This document shows positions 62,201 through 64,000 of a stretch of 64,000 nucleotides of DNA, piece by piece. The stretch's first letter is position 1. The number at the start of each line of letters is the position of its first letter. The notes below the pieces were generated by a model, which saw nothing but the letters and a program-made list of their open reading frames with translations, did not search any database and was not told where the DNA came from. Source of the DNA: Alphaproteobacteria bacterium (lineage in GTDB: Bacteria > Pseudomonadota > Alphaproteobacteria > SP197); contig OZ219920.1 in NCBI GenBank assembly GCA_964291415.2, positions 480,001 through 544,000 of the forward strand, read 5' to 3'. The position numbers were made by a program, and so were the translations under genes.

Positions 62201-64000
62201 CGGCGTGTCGTTGGTCGCGGTCTGGGCGGAGAAGTCCGGCACCGGGTGGTTCGCGTTGTCCGAGTCCTGGAGCTTGTCGCCGGTCGCAGGCGCCGCGTAG
62301 GCCACCGTCACCGTGTCGATGCGCAGCACCGCCTCGGCCAGGGTGAGCGTCACCTCGTCGCCGCTGACGGAGACCGGGTTCGTGGCCGCCAGGCTCAGCG
62401 TGCTCTCGGTCCCCGAGCGCGTCCCCTTCACCGTGAACGCGCTCCCCGCCGGCACCGCGCTCCCGTCCAGCGCCCCGTCGAAGGTGACGGTCAGCTCATC
62501 GCCGTCCACCGTCGCGGACGAGAACGCCGGCGGCGTGTTGTTGGTCACGGCCTCCGTTGAACACCACGGGCGCCTCGTTGCCGGCAAGGTCCTTGAGCCG
62601 CTTGGTGGCGTCGTCCGACTGCGCGTACCCACCCTCGCCCTCTGCCCGTGCAGGGCCGCCGTCGCGAAGGTCAGGGTCACGGTGCGCCCGGAGATGGAAC
62701 GAGCCGGTGGGAGCCTCGCCCAAGCCGTCGAGGGCGCGCGAAAACTTGGCAGTTATCGAGCGACACGCTCTCGTCCAGCGCCTCGTCGAAGGTCACCGTC
62801 ATCGTCGTCCCGTTCGCCGACGCCGACACGAACGAAGGCTCCGTCGTGTCCGCCGGGGTGGCGTTGGTCGCCGTCTGGGCGGAGAAGCCCGGCACCGGGA
62901 GCTTCGCGTTGTCCGAGTCCTGCAGCTTGTTGCCCGTCGCCGGCGCCGCGTAGGCCACCGTCACCGTGTCGGCGCGCCAGCACCGCCTCGGCCAGGGTGA
63001 GCGTCACCTCGGAGCCGCTGACGGCGACCGGGTTCGTGGCCGCCAGGCTCAGCGTGCTCTCGGTCCCCGAGCGCGTCCCCTTCACCGTGAACGCGCTCCC
63101 CGCCGGCACCGCGTCCTCGTCCAGCGCCCCGTCGAAGGTGACGGTCAGCGCCGAGCCGTTCACCTTCGCCGACGAATACGCCGGCGGCGTGTTGTTGGTC
63201 AGGTTGTTAGCGAACGTCCCCTGCGGCACCAGGTTGCCAGCCAAGTCCTTCAGCGCGTTCGCCGAGTTCAAGTCCTGCGGCCCGACATAGGACGCCCGCA
63301 AGCGCACTCCGATGTGGCGTACCGCCGTCGCCAAGGTCACGGTCACGGTGTCGCCGGAAATCGAGACCCCCGACGAACGAATGGGGTTGACGAAGTCGTT
63401 GCCCCTTACGATCTGAAACATACTCGCCACCGCCGCTGGCGGCAGCACGCTCTCGTCCAGCGCTTCATTGAAGACCACCGTCATCTTCGCCCCGTTGATC
63501 GAGGCCGAGACGAACGAGGGCGGTGTCGTGTCCGCCGGCGTGTCGTTGGTCGCCGTCTGGGCGGAGAAGTCCGGCACCGGGTGGTTCGCGTTGTCCGAGT
63601 CCTGGAGCTTGTCGCCGGTCGCAGGCGCCGCGTAGGCCACCGTCACCGTGTCGATGCGCAGCACCGCCTCGGCCAGGGTGAGCGTCACCTCGTCGCCGCT
63701 GACGGAGACCGGGTTCGTGGCCGCCAGGCTCAGCGTGCTCTCGGTCCCCGAGCGCGTCCCCTTCACCGTGAACGCGCTCCCCGCCGGCACCGCGCTCCCG
63801 TCCAGCGCCCCGTCGAAGGTGACGGTCAGCTCATCGCCGTCCACCGTCGCGGACGAGAACGCCGGCGGGGTGACGTTGGTCGCGGTCGCGGCGAGCAAGG
63901 TGAAGTTGAGGCCGTCCGGCACGGCGATCGCGTTACCCGACTGGTCCGCGAGCCGGTCGGCCGCCGTGTTCGATTGATGGTAGCGAAGTAGCCCCACGCT
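53219..64000 (-). CDS. giant repetitive surface adhesin / autotransporter-like protein (>3500 aa, start outside the window, several frameshifts)
   Basis: SwmB-like repeats (ATVDGDELTVTFDGALD...LQD), ~125-aa Ig-like repeats (DDTY..G.TIRV..TF.EAV...Y..GSGT..LTFAY), Calx-beta (YATADGTATAGEDY...FVAGETSKTV.V.ILDD), beta-barrel ending HGVRLKLEARF. Confidence 0.88.
61620..63868. repeat. near-identical intragenic duplication, period ~1.34 kb (about 61620-62533 versus 62960-63868)
   Basis: For example GAACGAATGGGGTTGACGAAGTCGTTGCCCCTTACGATCTGAAACATACTC occurs at ~62040 and ~63375. Confidence 0.9.

Noticed and set aside
60560-64000. Diversity-generating retroelement TR/VR pair in the adhesin repeats
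   Set aside because: No reverse transcriptase in the window; differences between copies are not adenine-specific and both copies are coding.

Overview
High-GC segment of an F-type (MPF_F / MOB_F) conjugative element; no integrase or rep gene lies in the window, so plasmid versus ICE cannot be decided. Layout: (1) 1-24.6 kb, a predicted leading region, almost all on the + strand: PAPS-reductase-family protein, MoxR-AAA / DUF3150-like / VWA module, long ParB-family protein, GHKL ATPase, MTase-strawberry-notch helicase, RadC, two SLOG proteins, SSB, AlkB, TOPRIM primase and a DUF4326-NADAR fusion. (2) ~24.6 kb, a candidate oriT with an R388/F-like nic motif on the - strand, next to a hairpin-dense region containing a 116-bp direct repeat, followed by an RHH-like gene. 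(3) 25.4-28.5 kb, cargo: a SIR2-like protein and a divergent unknown protein. (4) 28.6-51.7 kb, traI, traD and a complete traALEKBVC...WU-trbC-NFHG cluster with extra inserted genes. (5) 51.7-53.2 kb, a phage-like cI/cro switch heading the tra operon. (6) 53.2-64 kb, the 3' part of a giant repetitive autotransporter-like adhesin. Roughly 30-40 apparent frameshifts are most likely long-read indel errors. Most notable observations: an FtsZ C-terminal-peptide mimic on the ParB-family protein, a metalloprotease domain lacking its catalytic residues in the MoxR/VWA module, strand-biased GNA mini-hairpins on the predicted T-strand, and alternating constant/variable repeats in the adhesin. All family assignments come from motif recognition, not from database searches.
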